Below, piece by piece: positions 1-10,196 of a stretch of 64,000 nt of DNA. The stretch is from Patescibacteria group bacterium (GTDB lineage Bacteria; Patescibacteriota; Patescibacteriia; JAHIZJ01). A program made the translations under genes and the position numbers. Location: contig JAQTMH010000001.1 of assembly GCA_028714495.1 (NCBI GenBank), positions 9,721 through 73,720 of the forward strand. The letters are read 5' to 3'. Every line of letters begins with the position of its first letter. Within the stretch, counting starts at the first letter, position 1. A model generated the notes under the pieces. That model had not been told where the DNA came from and ran no database searches. It worked only from the letters and a program-made list of their open reading frames with translations.

Positions 1-1
1 T

Positions 2-496
2 TCAGTTCTCTGGCGGCTGGAGCTCGATGGTGGCCGTAAAACGCTGCTCCACCCAGGCATCAGAGAGTTTGTCCAGAAAATCCGCTCCCAGTGCTTCAAT
101 CAGCGAGACAACCGTCCCGCCAATCGTCTTGTAGATCACCACCGTGATGTCAAGTTCCTGCCCGTAACGAAACGTGGCTGGCTTGATATCCATTCCCCGG
201 CTGCCCGTATAGCTGTCCGACAAGACGACAATCGATGGTTCTACATGATCCACCACGTACAGCCCGATTGCCCGGTCATTGCCGTTGATGAAAGTGATGG
301 TCTTGCCGGCAATGGTGCCGAAATTGAACTGAAGTTCGACATTGCCGATCTTCTTTACCGTGACATCCGTGTCAGAGCAAGGCCTCAAGACTTCTTTCTC
401 GCCACAGCCCACGGTATTCGATAGCAGGATAACCAGCAACAGCCAGGCCGGCCAGGCCAATATGGCTGCTACCACGGTTCTCAACAGCTTTTTCAT
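2..496 (-). CDS. hypothetical lipoprotein/exported protein
   Basis: 164-aa ORF; hydrophobic N-terminus ending in lipobox-like TVGC; strong SD (GAAGGAGG); TTGACA promoter at about 563-592. Confidence 0.7.
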   Translation of the reverse strand: MKKLLRTVVAAILAWPAWLLLVILLSNTVGCGEKEVLRPCSDTDVTVKKIGNVELQFNFGTIAGKTITFINGNDRAIGLYVVDHVEPSIVVLSDSYTGSRGMDIKPATFRYGQELDITVVIYKTIGGTVVSLIEALGADFLDKLSDAWVEQRFTATIELQPPEN

Positions 497-615
497 GACC
501 CACCCTCCTTCTATTGAAATGGGCAGAAATACCTAGGATATTACCAGTTTTCCGAGAAAATTACTTTATCGCAAAAATAGGAATATTGTCAACTTACTTT
601 TTGTAGTTTGACCAT

Positions 616-650
616 AAAAAAAGCGGCTCTCGATGTATTGATCAGCCGCT
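616..650 (-). terminator. intrinsic terminator after biotin-carrier gene
   Basis: AGCGGCT/AGCCGCT stem followed by T7 on minus strand. Confidence 0.6.
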
Positions 651-677
651 CAGATGTCCTAATAGAACGGGGCCAGG

Positions 678-1037
678 CTATGCCAGCAAAGGTCTAACTC
701 GAAAGAGCACCTGATTCTTGCTGACTGTTTGTCCTTCCTGAACCAACACGGCTGAAATGGTCCCCGCTCTATCGGCGTTGATTGCGTTATGCATCTTCAT
801 CATCTCAACCATACACACTTGTTGCCCGGCCTGAACAGTCTGGCCAACCTCGACAAATGGCTTGCCTCCAGGACTCGGTCCCAAATATGCGGTTCCTTGA
901 AACGGCGACAGAATTAATGTCTCCGTTACTACTTGGCCGCCTTGATCCGGCCCATCCCTCGGGGTTGTGGCCTGTCCCGACTTTACCACATCGATGAAAT
1001 TCACATAGCAGTCTTCTTCATCGTCGCCGCTACCCAT
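678..1037 (-). CDS. accB: biotin carboxyl carrier-like (biotinyl/lipoyl attachment domain) protein
   Basis: SPFQGTAYLGPSPGGKPFVEVG...VEMMKMHNAI..GTI..VLV.EGQTV matches the BCCP C-terminal domain (canonical motif EAMKM). Confidence 0.75.
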   Translation of the reverse strand: MGSGDDEEDCYVNFIDVVKSGQATTPRDGPDQGGQVVTETLILSPFQGTAYLGPSPGGKPFVEVGQTVQAGQQVCMVEMMKMHNAINADRAGTISAVLVQEGQTVSKNQVLFRVRPLLA

Positions 1038-1154
1038 GGCTTCCTCCTAGATTTATTGCTTGCCTGGTGTTAAACCCTTTTCCTTACCAGCTAATTGAAC
1101 AGAAGGAGCTGTCTCGATGTTATCGAATATCCTCAATATTGTAAAGAATCCCAC

Positions 1155-1181
1155 AAAAAACTAGCCTATTTTGGCTAGTTT
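1155..1181 (-). terminator. intrinsic terminator closing candidate ncRNA
   Basis: AAACTAGCC-AAAATA-GGCTAGTTTTTT on minus strand. Confidence 0.75.
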
Positions 1182-1186
1182 ATGTC

Positions 1187-1330
1187 TGATCTTCAAATTA
1201 CTACCAACAAGCGCAAGAATCCGCCCGATAAACGAGCTTCACCTTGTCTTGCGGGCTACTCGAGCAGATAGGAGGGGTTCCTGCTGTTTTCGCCGCTTGC
1301 TGGCAGTAATTAAAAGGTCAAAACGCGGGA
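1187..1330 (-). ncRNA. candidate structured ncRNA (class unknown, possibly 6S-like)
   Basis: 18-bp closing stem (1196-1213 with 1294-1311) whose two mismatches are G-U only on the minus strand; internal hairpins; own promoter and terminator. Confidence 0.55.
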
Positions 1331-1336
1331 TGTCCT

Positions 1337-1364
1337 AGCTTAGCAAATAATAAATATTTGTCAA
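1337..1364 (-). promoter_or_regulatory. sigma70 promoter for candidate ncRNA
   Basis: TTGACA-16nt-TAAGCT with extended -10 TG. Confidence 0.6.
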
Positions 1365-1442
1365 GGGGGTATGTTTTGAAATCTTATTATCCCCTTGTTC
1401 CCTTGTTTCTTTTCAAAATTCATGCTAAACTAAGGGTAGTAC

Positions 1443-4400
1443 ATGAAAAAAACGCATCGCCTAGAGGCAAGCTCTAAAGGTGTTTTTGCTTTTTCAGGAC
1501 TGCCTTCAGAATCTGCCCAAACCCACTTTTTAGCCCATCTTAACGCCCCAAATTTAAAACATGAGGCGGTTTTGTGGTTTGTGCCAGAGCCAAAAGACGC
1601 CAGAAGGCTGGCTTCGCTTTTCCGATTTTGGACCCTTGAAAGCTGGCCCGACCCCCTGCTAATTCCTGGGGAAACCCCGGATTCGCTCATCCTCTGGCAC
1701 TTACTAAACGGCCAACCAGGAATCATCTTCCTGCCAATCAGCCTGCTCGACCAGCCTACTGTCTCGCCTGAGACCTTTTCCAAAGAGGGTCTCTCGCTCC
1801 GACCCGGCGTCAGGTTTTCCCCGGCTGAGATCTGCGCTGAATTAGTCAGGCTGGGTTACGATTTTAACACCAAAGCTGAAGCGCCCGGGTATTTTGCCAG
1901 GCGAGGCAATCTTGTTGACGTTTGGCCAATCCAAAATAACCAGCCGGTCAGAATTGAATTCGGCCAAACGGTTATTGACTCACTGACGGTTTACGACAGA
2001 ATTACCGGTAAAATCGGAGAGTGTTTGGAGATGGCGCAAATTATTCCAGCCCGAGTCGACCAATATGAATCGGCTAGCATTTGGCTGGAATATTTGAAAA
2101 CCGCCAAAGAGAAAAAGCGCCTCTTCATCTACGCTGACCCGGACGAACTCGATCTGAAAACCCCGCATTGGTCAGAGGTCAAATTGCTCATCAAGTCCAA
2201 ACCGCAAATTATTTTTTATCCCCTGCCCGAAACCAATACAAAAGACCTGGAATATTCCCACGCCCCTCTCTACCATGGCAACTATAAATCGCTGCTGGCT
2301 GATTTGAAAAAGTGGCAGCGTGAAAAATATACCATCTATTTCCCTGATTCGCTTCAGGTCGCCTTGGCTGATCTCTGGCGCGAGCATAAGCAGGAAGTGG
2401 AGCTTAAAGCTCAGTTTCTTTCTTCGGCTTACCTCGACGACCAGGCCGAAGGCTTTATCTGGCAAGCTAATAAAACGGTTTTTCTGACTAAACGCGAAAT
2501 TGTCGGTTTGCGCGATCATGAACCAGCAATAAAAAAACATCGGCTCGACCTCCATTTTATCGCTGAATTAAAGCCGAACGATTACGTAGTCCACTTGGAT
2601 CATGGCATCGGGCATTTTCGCGGCTTAGTGAAAAATGTGGTGGATGGAATACCCAAGGAGTATTTCCTCCTTGAATACGCGGCCAAAGACAAGCTTTCGG
2701 TGCCGATTGAACTGGCCTATAAAATAGATAAATATATCGGCTCTGAGGTGCCGAAGATCCATCGCCTCTCGAATACCACCTGGTATCAGATGAAGTGCCG
2801 AATCAGCCAAGAAGCGAAAAAAATCGCTGGCGAGCTTTTACAGCTTTACGCCCAGCGCGCTACTGCCACGGTCGAGCCTTGGCTGCCGCCAACCCCGGCT
2901 GAGATAGAGCTAGAAAAAAGCTTTCCCTTCGATGAAACACCAGACCAGCTTCAAGCCATCCGCGAAGTGAGTCAAAATCTGGAAGGCGACACACCAATGG
3001 ACCGGCTGATTTGCGGGGACGTGGGTTTCGGCAAAACCGAAGTGGCAATCCGGGCTGCTTTTAAGGCCGTGATGAACGGCAAGCAGGTGGCGGTCATGGC
3101 TCCGACCACGATTCTGGCCCAGCAACACTATGATACCTTTGTAAATCGCCTGAAGAAATTTCCCGTAAAAATTGAATCTTTGAGCCGTTTCAAAACAAAA
3201 AGCCAGCAAAAAGAGGTGGTGGCAAAATTAAAAACCGGCGAAGTCGATATCGCCATCGGCACGCATCGCCTGCTGTCATCGGATATTGAATTTAAAAAGC
3301 TGGGTTTAATCATTATTGACGAGGAACAACGCTTCGGCGTCCAGCATAAAGAAAAGTTAAAATCCTTGAGAGTCAACGCCCACATTCTGACCTTAACCGC
3401 CACGCCGATTCCGCGGACCCTGAATCTCGGCCTGTCAACCCTGCGCGACATGAGCGTAATCCGTACTCCGCCAGAGGGGCGCCAGCCGATTGAAACCATT
3501 ATCCAAAAACACAACGAGGAGACAGTTAAAAAAGCCGTCAATTTTGAATTAGCCCGCGGCGGCCAGGTTTATTTCCTGTATAATCGGGTTGAAACTATCA
3601 ACCTAAAGGCCAATCAGCTGAAAGAGCTCGTTCCCAAGGCTAAAATCGGCGTCATTCATGGTCAGTTGCCTGAGTCCCAGCTCGCCCACACCATGTCCGA
3701 ATTCGACAATCGAAAAATCAACGTGCTGGTTTCGACCACCATTATTGAAAACGGTCTCGATCTGCCGAATGTCAATACCCTGATTGTCGAAGACGCGACT
3801 CGCTTCGGCCTGGCCCAGCTTTATCAGCTGCGCGGGCGGATTGGCCGGGGCGACCGGCAAGCCTATGCTTATTTTCTCTACCCCCAGAGAAAGCTTACCG
3901 GCGAGGCTAAAAAAAGGCTTCAAGCTATTCTCGAGGCCAAGGAGCTGGGCTCTGGCTTTCAGCTGGCTCTGCGCGACCTGGAAATCCGCGGCGTCGGCAA
4001 TATCCTCGGCAGCGAACAGCATGGCCGGGTCAATGCCGTAGGTTTGAGCCTATATACCCGCCTCCTCAGCCAGGCCATCGAAGAGATTAGAACCGGACAG
4101 CCGGCAAAAATTCTCCGCGATATCGCGATTGACCTCCCGCTGCCTATCACCATCCCAGCTGACTACATCCCCCTGGAAAACCAGAGGCTGAAAGTTTATC
4201 GCGAGCTTTCCGAAGCCAATGAACTTTCCGAACTTGACGAGCGCCTCCAGGGCGTGGAAAAACAATACGGAAACTTGCCGCCCAATGTTAAAAACCTCCA
4301 TTGGCTGCTTAAGCTCCGGCTGCTGGCCCAAGATACCAACATCGCCTGCCTTGATACCATCCACGTGACCGAGGCTGGCATCGTGAAGCCGCGCCTGGTT

Positions 4401-4568
4401 ATCAAATTCAACGCCCAGTACACCCCGCCGCAAATAAAAGATTTGCTGGATTTGAATTCCAACTGGGTGCTGGGCGAAAACCAGGTAAAAATAGATTTTG
4501 AGCTACTGGATAAAAAATGGGCTCCGGAAATCGAGCAGGTGGTGGAAATATTTAGAATAAAGGAGTAA
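1443..4568 (+). CDS. mfd: transcription-repair coupling factor Mfd
   Basis: UvrB-homology segment, CarD/RID (DYVVHLDHGIGHF), SF2 motifs GDVGFGKT, DEEQRFG, TATPIPRT, QLRGRIGR, TRG motif and TRCF C-terminal domain. Confidence 0.97.
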   Translation: MKKTHRLEASSKGVFAFSGLPSESAQTHFLAHLNAPNLKHEAVLWFVPEPKDARRLASLFRFWTLESWPDPLLIPGETPDSLILWHLLNGQPGIIFLPISLLDQPTVSPETFSKEGLSLRPGVRFSPAEICAELVRLGYDFNTKAEAPGYFARRGNLVDVWPIQNNQPVRIEFGQTVIDSLTVYDRITGKIGECLEMAQIIPARVDQYESASIWLEYLKTAKEKKRLFIYADPDELDLKTPHWSEVKLLIKSKPQIIFYPLPETNTKDLEYSHAPLYHGNYKSLLADLKKWQREKYTIYFPDSLQVALADLWREHKQEVELKAQFLSSAYLDDQAEGFIWQANKTVFLTKREIVGLRDHEPAIKKHRLDLHFIAELKPNDYVVHLDHGIGHFRGLVKNVVDGIPKEYFLLEYAAKDKLSVPIELAYKIDKYIGSEVPKIHRLSNTTWYQMKCRISQEAKKIAGELLQLYAQRATATVEPWLPPTPAEIELEKSFPFDETPDQLQAIREVSQNLEGDTPMDRLICGDVGFGKTEVAIRAAFKAVMNGKQVAVMAPTTILAQQHYDTFVNRLKKFPVKIESLSRFKTKSQQKEVVAKLKTGEVDIAIGTHRLLSSDIEFKKLGLIIIDEEQRFGVQHKEKLKSLRVNAHILTLTATPIPRTLNLGLSTLRDMSVIRTPPEGRQPIETIIQKHNEETVKKAVNFELARGGQVYFLYNRVETINLKANQLKELVPKAKIGVIHGQLPESQLAHTMSEFDNRKINVLVSTTIIENGLDLPNVNTLIVEDATRFGLAQLYQLRGRIGRGDRQAYAYFLYPQRKLTGEAKKRLQAILEAKELGSGFQLALRDLEIRGVGNILGSEQHGRVNAVGLSLYTRLLSQAIEEIRTGQPAKILRDIAIDLPLPITIPADYIPLENQRLKVYRELSEANELSELDERLQGVEKQYGNLPPNVKNLHWLLKLRLLAQDTNIACLDTIHVTEAGIVKPRLVIKFNAQYTPPQIKDLLDLNSNWVLGENQVKIDFELLDKKWAPEIEQVVEIFRIKE

Positions 4569-4586
4569 GGCTAAAATAGAAGAAGG

Positions 4587-4805
4587 TCAGATAATTTCAA
4601 ATACCTTATTTTTTGATTTTCTCCCGGCAATCAGACTGACTCTGGTCGGCGGCACCTTTAAATAATCAGCCAATGCCTTGATTATCGCCTGATTAGCGTA
4701 ATTTTCAATGGCTCGCTCTTTCACCGCTACGATAAAATTGCCATCGCTTAATTTTTCGATTCTGGGCTTTTTTGAATTCGGTTTTGACAAAACACATACT
4801 TTCAT
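4587..4805 (-). CDS. DUF167/YggU family protein
   Basis: KPNSKK..I...VAVKERA..NYANQAIIKALADYLKVP...V.LIAGRKSKNK pattern. Confidence 0.85.
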   Translation of the reverse strand: MKVCVLSKPNSKKPRIEKLSDGNFIVAVKERAIENYANQAIIKALADYLKVPPTRVSLIAGRKSKNKVFEII

Positions 4806-5424
4806 ATTGATACCTTTCTCTATATAGCCATACTATCAATCTACTTGGCTAGTGTAAATACCAATCTTGAATACTTGGGGGTTTTTTGTTTGTGAATATT
4901 TTTAACAAATGAGTAGATGAAAAAATATAATTTACGTTTATTATAGGGTTATTAAATGGCCTAGCCATTTGTTCTTTTGTCAGCAAAAGAACCAAAACTG
5001 CTGGGGGTAATAATTCACTCTCATTGGCATGGTTTCTCTGTACGGTCTACTCTGACGTTCAGTATTACCCCCAGACCCCCAGTCCGCTTGGCATGGTTTG
5101 CTAAAAATATTTATTATTGCTACTATATAAAAAGAACGCAGGGAGAACCTGGGTTTTTTGTTATTACCCGGATCTACCTGCGCGCTTGCGAGGGCGAAAG
5201 AGCCAGAGAAATTCCCCAGGGAAGGAGAAACGCTAGTCCGCCAGCAACCAGGCCGATGAGTGACAGAAGCGGCGTGATCAAAATGAGGAGAACTGCCAGA
5301 ATTCCGTAACCCCAATACTTCAGGTTCTTTATGACCGAGCTCATCCCAGCCTCCTGCTACTGCTAGCCTTAAACCTCGCTTAATCACCTCAACTCTATCT
5401 AAACCAATATCCCAAGTCAAGCCC

Positions 5425-6300
5425 ATGGAAAAATACCCAATCAAAACAATCACCCTCCAAGACAAAGCTTATCCCAGCCTGCTGAAAGAAATTTACCATC
5501 CGCCAAAAATTTTGTACTACCGAGGGAAGCTGGATGAGCCTGGCCAATACATTCTCTCAGTCGTGGGGACTCGCAAACCCTCTGCCTATGGCCAGCGCGT
5601 AACGCGCGACCTGGTTCAAACCATCGCCTCCAGGAATATTCTGATCGTGTCTGGACTGGCATTCGGCATCGACGCCCTGGCTCATGCCGCGGCCATTGAA
5701 GCCGGGGGTAAAACCTGGGCAATCCTGGGTTCTGGTCTGGATCAAATCTACCCAGCCACCAATCGTTTCCTGGCTGAAAAAATCCTGGAAACCGGTGGCG
5801 CTCTGATTTCAGACTATCCGGCTGGAACGCCTCCTTTGAAACAGCACTTCCCGGCCAGAAACCGCATTATTGCCGGTTTAAGCAAGGGTACCCTAATCGT
5901 TGAGGCGCCAGACAAATCAGGCGCTCTGATTACCGCCAATTTCGCCCTGGAAGATAACCGGGAAGTCCTGTCTGTCCCCGGCGAGATATTTAATCAGAAT
6001 GCGGTCGGTACGAACCGCCTGATTAAACAGGGAGCGAGACCGGTTGTTGACGCCGCTGATATTTTGGAAATATTCGATCTGGAAATTGTCCCGAAAGGCG
6101 GGAGAGAATCAATATTTCAACCCCAAACCCAGGAAGAGAAAATAATAGTCGAAGTCCTGCAGGCTGGACCGCAGACAGTTGACCAAATCCTGGAGAAGTG
6201 TAAACTGGAGATTAGTATTATTAATTCTACGCTCTCGGTTCTGGAAATGTCAGGCAAGATAATCCAGACTGAAATGCAAACTTACGCCTTGAATCTCTAA
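5425..6300 (+). CDS. dprA: DNA-processing protein DprA
   Basis: VVGTRKPS.YG, SGLAFGID, FPARNRIIAGLS, EAPDKSGALITA; C-terminal winged helix; adjacent to topA. Confidence 0.97.
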   Translation: MEKYPIKTITLQDKAYPSLLKEIYHPPKILYYRGKLDEPGQYILSVVGTRKPSAYGQRVTRDLVQTIASRNILIVSGLAFGIDALAHAAAIEAGGKTWAILGSGLDQIYPATNRFLAEKILETGGALISDYPAGTPPLKQHFPARNRIIAGLSKGTLIVEAPDKSGALITANFALEDNREVLSVPGEIFNQNAVGTNRLIKQGARPVVDAADILEIFDLEIVPKGGRESIFQPQTQEEKIIVEVLQAGPQTVDQILEKCKLEISIINSTLSVLEMSGKIIQTEMQTYALNL

Positions 6301-6303
6301 AAA

Positions 6304-8541
6304 ATGGCGAAACAGCTTGTCATCGTGGAATCTCCCACCAAAGCTAAAACCATCTCCCGTTTCCTCGGGAAGGCTTTTATTATAAAATCATCAAACGGCC
6401 ATGTGCGCGATTTGCCCAGGAGCAAAATGGGCGTGGATATTGAGCATGATTTCGCACCGCAATACGTGATCCCGACGCGCAGCCGGAAAACCGTCACCGC
6501 CCTGAAAAAGGAGGCCAAAGCGGCCGATTCCATTCTCTTCGCGACAGACGAAGACCGCGAAGGCGAGGCCATATCCTGGCATTTAGCTCAATTGTTGGAA
6601 GTTCCCGATGAAAAAGTTAAGCGGATTACCTTTGAAGAAATTACCGAAGGCGCTATCAAAAAGGCGGTGGTGAATCCGCGCCGAATTGACACAAACTTGG
6701 TTAACGCCCAGCAAGCCCGCCGAATCCTAGACCGGCTTTTGGGCTATGAACTCTCTCCCTTTCTCTGGAAAAAGGTGGCCAAGGGCTTGTCAGCTGGCCG
6801 GGTGCAATCCGTCGCCTTGAGAATCATCGTCGAGCGGGAACAGGCTATCTTGGCTTTCAAACCGGTGGAGTATTGGCTAATCCAGGGAGAATTTGACAAG
6901 TCAGACCATTCAGAACCGCATATCACCGCCCGCCTCTTTCAATACAAAGACAAGCGCTTTGAGAAGCTTTCTCTCACCAGCAAGGACGCGGGAGAAAAGG
7001 TTGTCAAAGATTTGAAAGATGCCACCTTCGCGGTCCACAAGCTTGAGCAGAAAGAAATGAGGCGCTGGCCCTTGCCGCCTTTTACCACCTCGACTCTCCA
7101 GCAGGAAGCTAATCGCCGGTTTGGTTTCTCAACCCGGCAAACCATGTTTTTAGCTCAAACCCTTTACGAAGGTCTTCCTGTGGGCGATGAAGGCCCGGTC
7201 GGTCTGATTACTTACATGCGAACCGACTCGGTCAATCTGTCTGAAGAATTTCTATTAAAAGCCGTGAAATTTGTCAAAGATACCTACGGACCAGACTATA
7301 CCGGCTCCCAGCCTCGGCGCTATACCACTAAGCAGAGACTGGCCCAGGAAGCCCACGAGGCCATCCGGCCAACCGACGTCACCCGCACTCCGGAAAAAGT
7401 CAAACCATATCTTGATTCGGCTTCCTACCGCGTTTATTCCCTGATCTGGTCCCGGGCCGTGGCCTCGCAGATGACCGAGGCGGTTATGGATCAAACGACT
7501 ATCGATATAAAAAGTTCCAGCGATTATATCTTCCGGGCCACGGGCAGCGTCGTGAAATTCGACGGTTATCAAAAAGTTTACGTGACCAACCAAAAAGACG
7601 TGGTCCTGCCAAAAGTCGCGGCCAACGAACCCCTGAACCTCCTGGATTTAAAACACGAGCAGAAATTCACCGAACCGCCCAGCCGCTTTTCCGAGGCTGG
7701 CCTGGTCAAAGCCCTTGAGGAATACGGCATTGGCCGGCCGTCAACCTATTCCCCGACCATCTCAACCCTGGTCGAGAGAAAATACGTGGAAAAAGAGCGC
7801 CGCCGGCTAAAACCCACTGAAATCGGCATCCTCGTCACGGATTTGCTGGTCAAGCATTTTCCCCAGGTGGTTGATTATAAATTCACGGCTCAAATGGAAG
7901 AGGGGCTTGATTTAATCGCCGCCGGGAAAAAAGAATGGGTGCCTCTGCTCAAAGATTTTTATACGCCCTTCAAAGAGCATCTCACGAAAAAAGAGCTTGA
8001 GATTTCAAAGAAAGAACTGACCGAAACCGCCACTGACCAGGTTTGTGAAAAATGCGGCAAGCCCATGGTTATAAAAATGGGGCGCTTCGGCAAATTTATG
8101 GCCTGCTCCGGCTACCCCGAGTGTAAAAATACTAAGCAATTAAACGGCGACGGCACCGGTCCGGAAGCTGTCGAGCTGACCGATGAAAAATGTCCGGAGT
8201 GCGGCAAACCCTTGCAGCGGAAAGTCGGCCGCTTCGGCCCCTTCTTCGGCTGTACCGGCTACCCCGATTGTAAATTCATTAAAAATATCGAAAAGTCCAC
8301 CGGCGTTAAATGTTCCCAGTGCGGCGAGGGCGATTTAATTGAGAAACGAAGCTTCAAAGGCCGAACCTTTTATTCCTGCAACCAATATCCCAAATGCCGT
8401 TTTGCCCTGTGGTCAAAACCCACCGGCGAAAAATGCCCGGACTGCGGCTCACTCCTGGTCTACGCGAAAAAAGGCACTATTGCCTGCTCCAGCAAGGAGT
8501 GCAAATTTACCAAATCAGCCGACGAGATAAAAACGGGATAA
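6304..8541 (+). CDS. topA: DNA topoisomerase I with C-terminal C4 zinc ribbons
   Basis: LVIVESPTKAK, ATDEDREGEAI, SAGRVQS, ITYMRTDS, EAHEAIRPT, GIGRPSTY; several CxxC ribbons. Confidence 0.98.
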   Translation: MAKQLVIVESPTKAKTISRFLGKAFIIKSSNGHVRDLPRSKMGVDIEHDFAPQYVIPTRSRKTVTALKKEAKAADSILFATDEDREGEAISWHLAQLLEVPDEKVKRITFEEITEGAIKKAVVNPRRIDTNLVNAQQARRILDRLLGYELSPFLWKKVAKGLSAGRVQSVALRIIVEREQAILAFKPVEYWLIQGEFDKSDHSEPHITARLFQYKDKRFEKLSLTSKDAGEKVVKDLKDATFAVHKLEQKEMRRWPLPPFTTSTLQQEANRRFGFSTRQTMFLAQTLYEGLPVGDEGPVGLITYMRTDSVNLSEEFLLKAVKFVKDTYGPDYTGSQPRRYTTKQRLAQEAHEAIRPTDVTRTPEKVKPYLDSASYRVYSLIWSRAVASQMTEAVMDQTTIDIKSSSDYIFRATGSVVKFDGYQKVYVTNQKDVVLPKVAANEPLNLLDLKHEQKFTEPPSRFSEAGLVKALEEYGIGRPSTYSPTISTLVERKYVEKERRRLKPTEIGILVTDLLVKHFPQVVDYKFTAQMEEGLDLIAAGKKEWVPLLKDFYTPFKEHLTKKELEISKKELTETATDQVCEKCGKPMVIKMGRFGKFMACSGYPECKNTKQLNGDGTGPEAVELTDEKCPECGKPLQRKVGRFGPFFGCTGYPDCKFIKNIEKSTGVKCSQCGEGDLIEKRSFKGRTFYSCNQYPKCRFALWSKPTGEKCPDCGSLLVYAKKGTIACSSKECKFTKSADEIKTG
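8412..8532 (+). repeat. 121-bp direct repeat, copy 1 (topA 3' end)
   Basis: matches 10913-11033 with 3 substitutions. Confidence 0.95.
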
Positions 8542-8846
8542 TTACCAGTATTCGTTTCATTATCGAAAAAATATCACTGTTTGCCAGCCCACCCGGCAGA
8601 CAATTATTCGAATTCAAGAAGATAGATTTCCTGGGGTCCATAAAGAAGCGCTCTTGCCTACAACCAGGGCAATCGCGGAATTGCCTGAGTTTGGGAGTGC
8701 CTCAATTATCTTTATTCCGTCTGGAATAATCAATAGCGCTTGACTCCAATCCATTTCAGTGCTACATTAACAAGCTCATTTGCTGTTTGAAATCACGATC
8801 CCTAGACCTCCAATCCCGCGTCGCGGGTGATGAAAGGAGTCTGTCC

Positions 8847-10196
8847 ATGAAAACGGGCCTCATTACCTGCGCCGTCCTCGCCCTCGTACTCGCTGGCTGC
8901 GGCGAGAATGGAACCGAACCGGACGAGCACGGCACCATCATCTGCCAAACGTTGCCGGATAGCGCGGCCATCTGGCTTGACGGTATCGACACCGGCAAGG
9001 TGACGGATGCCGAGCTGACCGACATTGACTTTGGCGAACATGTGGTTACCTTCACGATCCACGGCTACCACGACTATGCTGAAACGGTCACAGTCAATGC
9101 TTCCCCCGTCATGGTGTACCGCAATTTCCCGGAACATAAACCGCCTGCCCTGCGCGTACTGTCAAATCCGCCCGGGGCAATCATCACGCTCAACGACACG
9201 ACACTGTCTGTTGTCACGCCGGCGGTCTTCCCCGACGTTCCGCTTGGCTGCAACGACCAATGCGACGTCTACCTGCGCTTGCCAGGCTATTACCCGCATT
9301 TTGAAACGGTACTGCTAGACAGCGAGAACACAATCACGGTCTCAGCCACGCTCGAGCCCTGCCCGGACATCGACCTTACGTTCGCGCGGAACGATACGCT
9401 CTATGCCATGAAAGCCGACGGCTTGACGCGGCGGGTGCTGGCGACCGGACTGGGCAATGGCGGCCTGTACCAGGTATCGCCCAACGGCCAGTATATCGCC
9501 TACTCGGCTATTACCGGTATCGTCGTCGCGAATCGGGACGGCAGCATCAGGGCTGAGATGCCAAGTCTGTACGGCGGAGATGACTACGCCTGGTCAAACT
9601 CAGGCGACCAGCTCGTCTTCGGCCAGTTCGTCGACGGCATCTATCTTTACGACGCGCCGTCGAACACTACCCGGGAGATTCTTGAGACGCGGGGCTTTCT
9701 CTACGACCACAGCCCGACTTTCTCGCCCGGGGATTCATATGTCGCCTATGTCTATTACGCCGACGGGAACGACGCCGCCATCAAGGTGATGCGAGCCGAC
9801 GGAAGCGAAGCGCGCACGGTCTTCTCGCGGGCCAGAACCAAGTATGACGCGTCGTCGCTGCGACTTTGTTGGGCAGCTTCCAACGCGATCATCTGGACCA
9901 ACACCAGTGGCATCTACCGGGTGGATCCGAATGCCGGAACCAACGAAAAGGTGGTAGACGCCTACCTGACCTCTGTCGCCTATTCACCCGATCGGACGAA
10001 ATACGCGTTTATCGAGAGCGGTGACCAACACGGCCTGTACATCGGAACGGTCGGCCAGTGGGATCGCCGCCGCCTGCTGGACACCCACGCGGACGCGCCG
10101 CGCTGGCTGCCTGGGAATGACTGTCTTCAGTACTGGGGAGACGGCCATCTCAAGTTGATGTCCTCGGACGGCACCACGCACATCATTGCTCCATAG
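8847..10196 (+). CDS. PEGA-domain and TolB-like beta-propeller lipoprotein
   Basis: start MKTGL after GAAAGGAG; lipobox LAGC; two PEGA-like units (T.PDSAAIWLDG; SNPPGAIITLN); PD40-like SPNGQYIAY, FSPGDSYVAY, YSPDRTKYAF; GC-rich relative to flanks. Confidence 0.8.
   Translation: MKTGLITCAVLALVLAGCGENGTEPDEHGTIICQTLPDSAAIWLDGIDTGKVTDAELTDIDFGEHVVTFTIHGYHDYAETVTVNASPVMVYRNFPEHKPPALRVLSNPPGAIITLNDTTLSVVTPAVFPDVPLGCNDQCDVYLRLPGYYPHFETVLLDSENTITVSATLEPCPDIDLTFARNDTLYAMKADGLTRRVLATGLGNGGLYQVSPNGQYIAYSAITGIVVANRDGSIRAEMPSLYGGDDYAWSNSGDQLVFGQFVDGIYLYDAPSNTTREILETRGFLYDHSPTFSPGDSYVAYVYYADGNDAAIKVMRADGSEARTVFSRARTKYDASSLRLCWAASNAIIWTNTSGIYRVDPNAGTNEKVVDAYLTSVAYSPDRTKYAFIESGDQHGLYIGTVGQWDRRRLLDTHADAPRWLPGNDCLQYWGDGHLKLMSSDGTTHIIAP

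Noticed and set aside
4977-5465. Overlapping ORFs 4977-5309 (+) and 4980-5465 (-)
   Set aside because: No recognisable motifs; they cross a promoter and hairpins, so are probably spurious.
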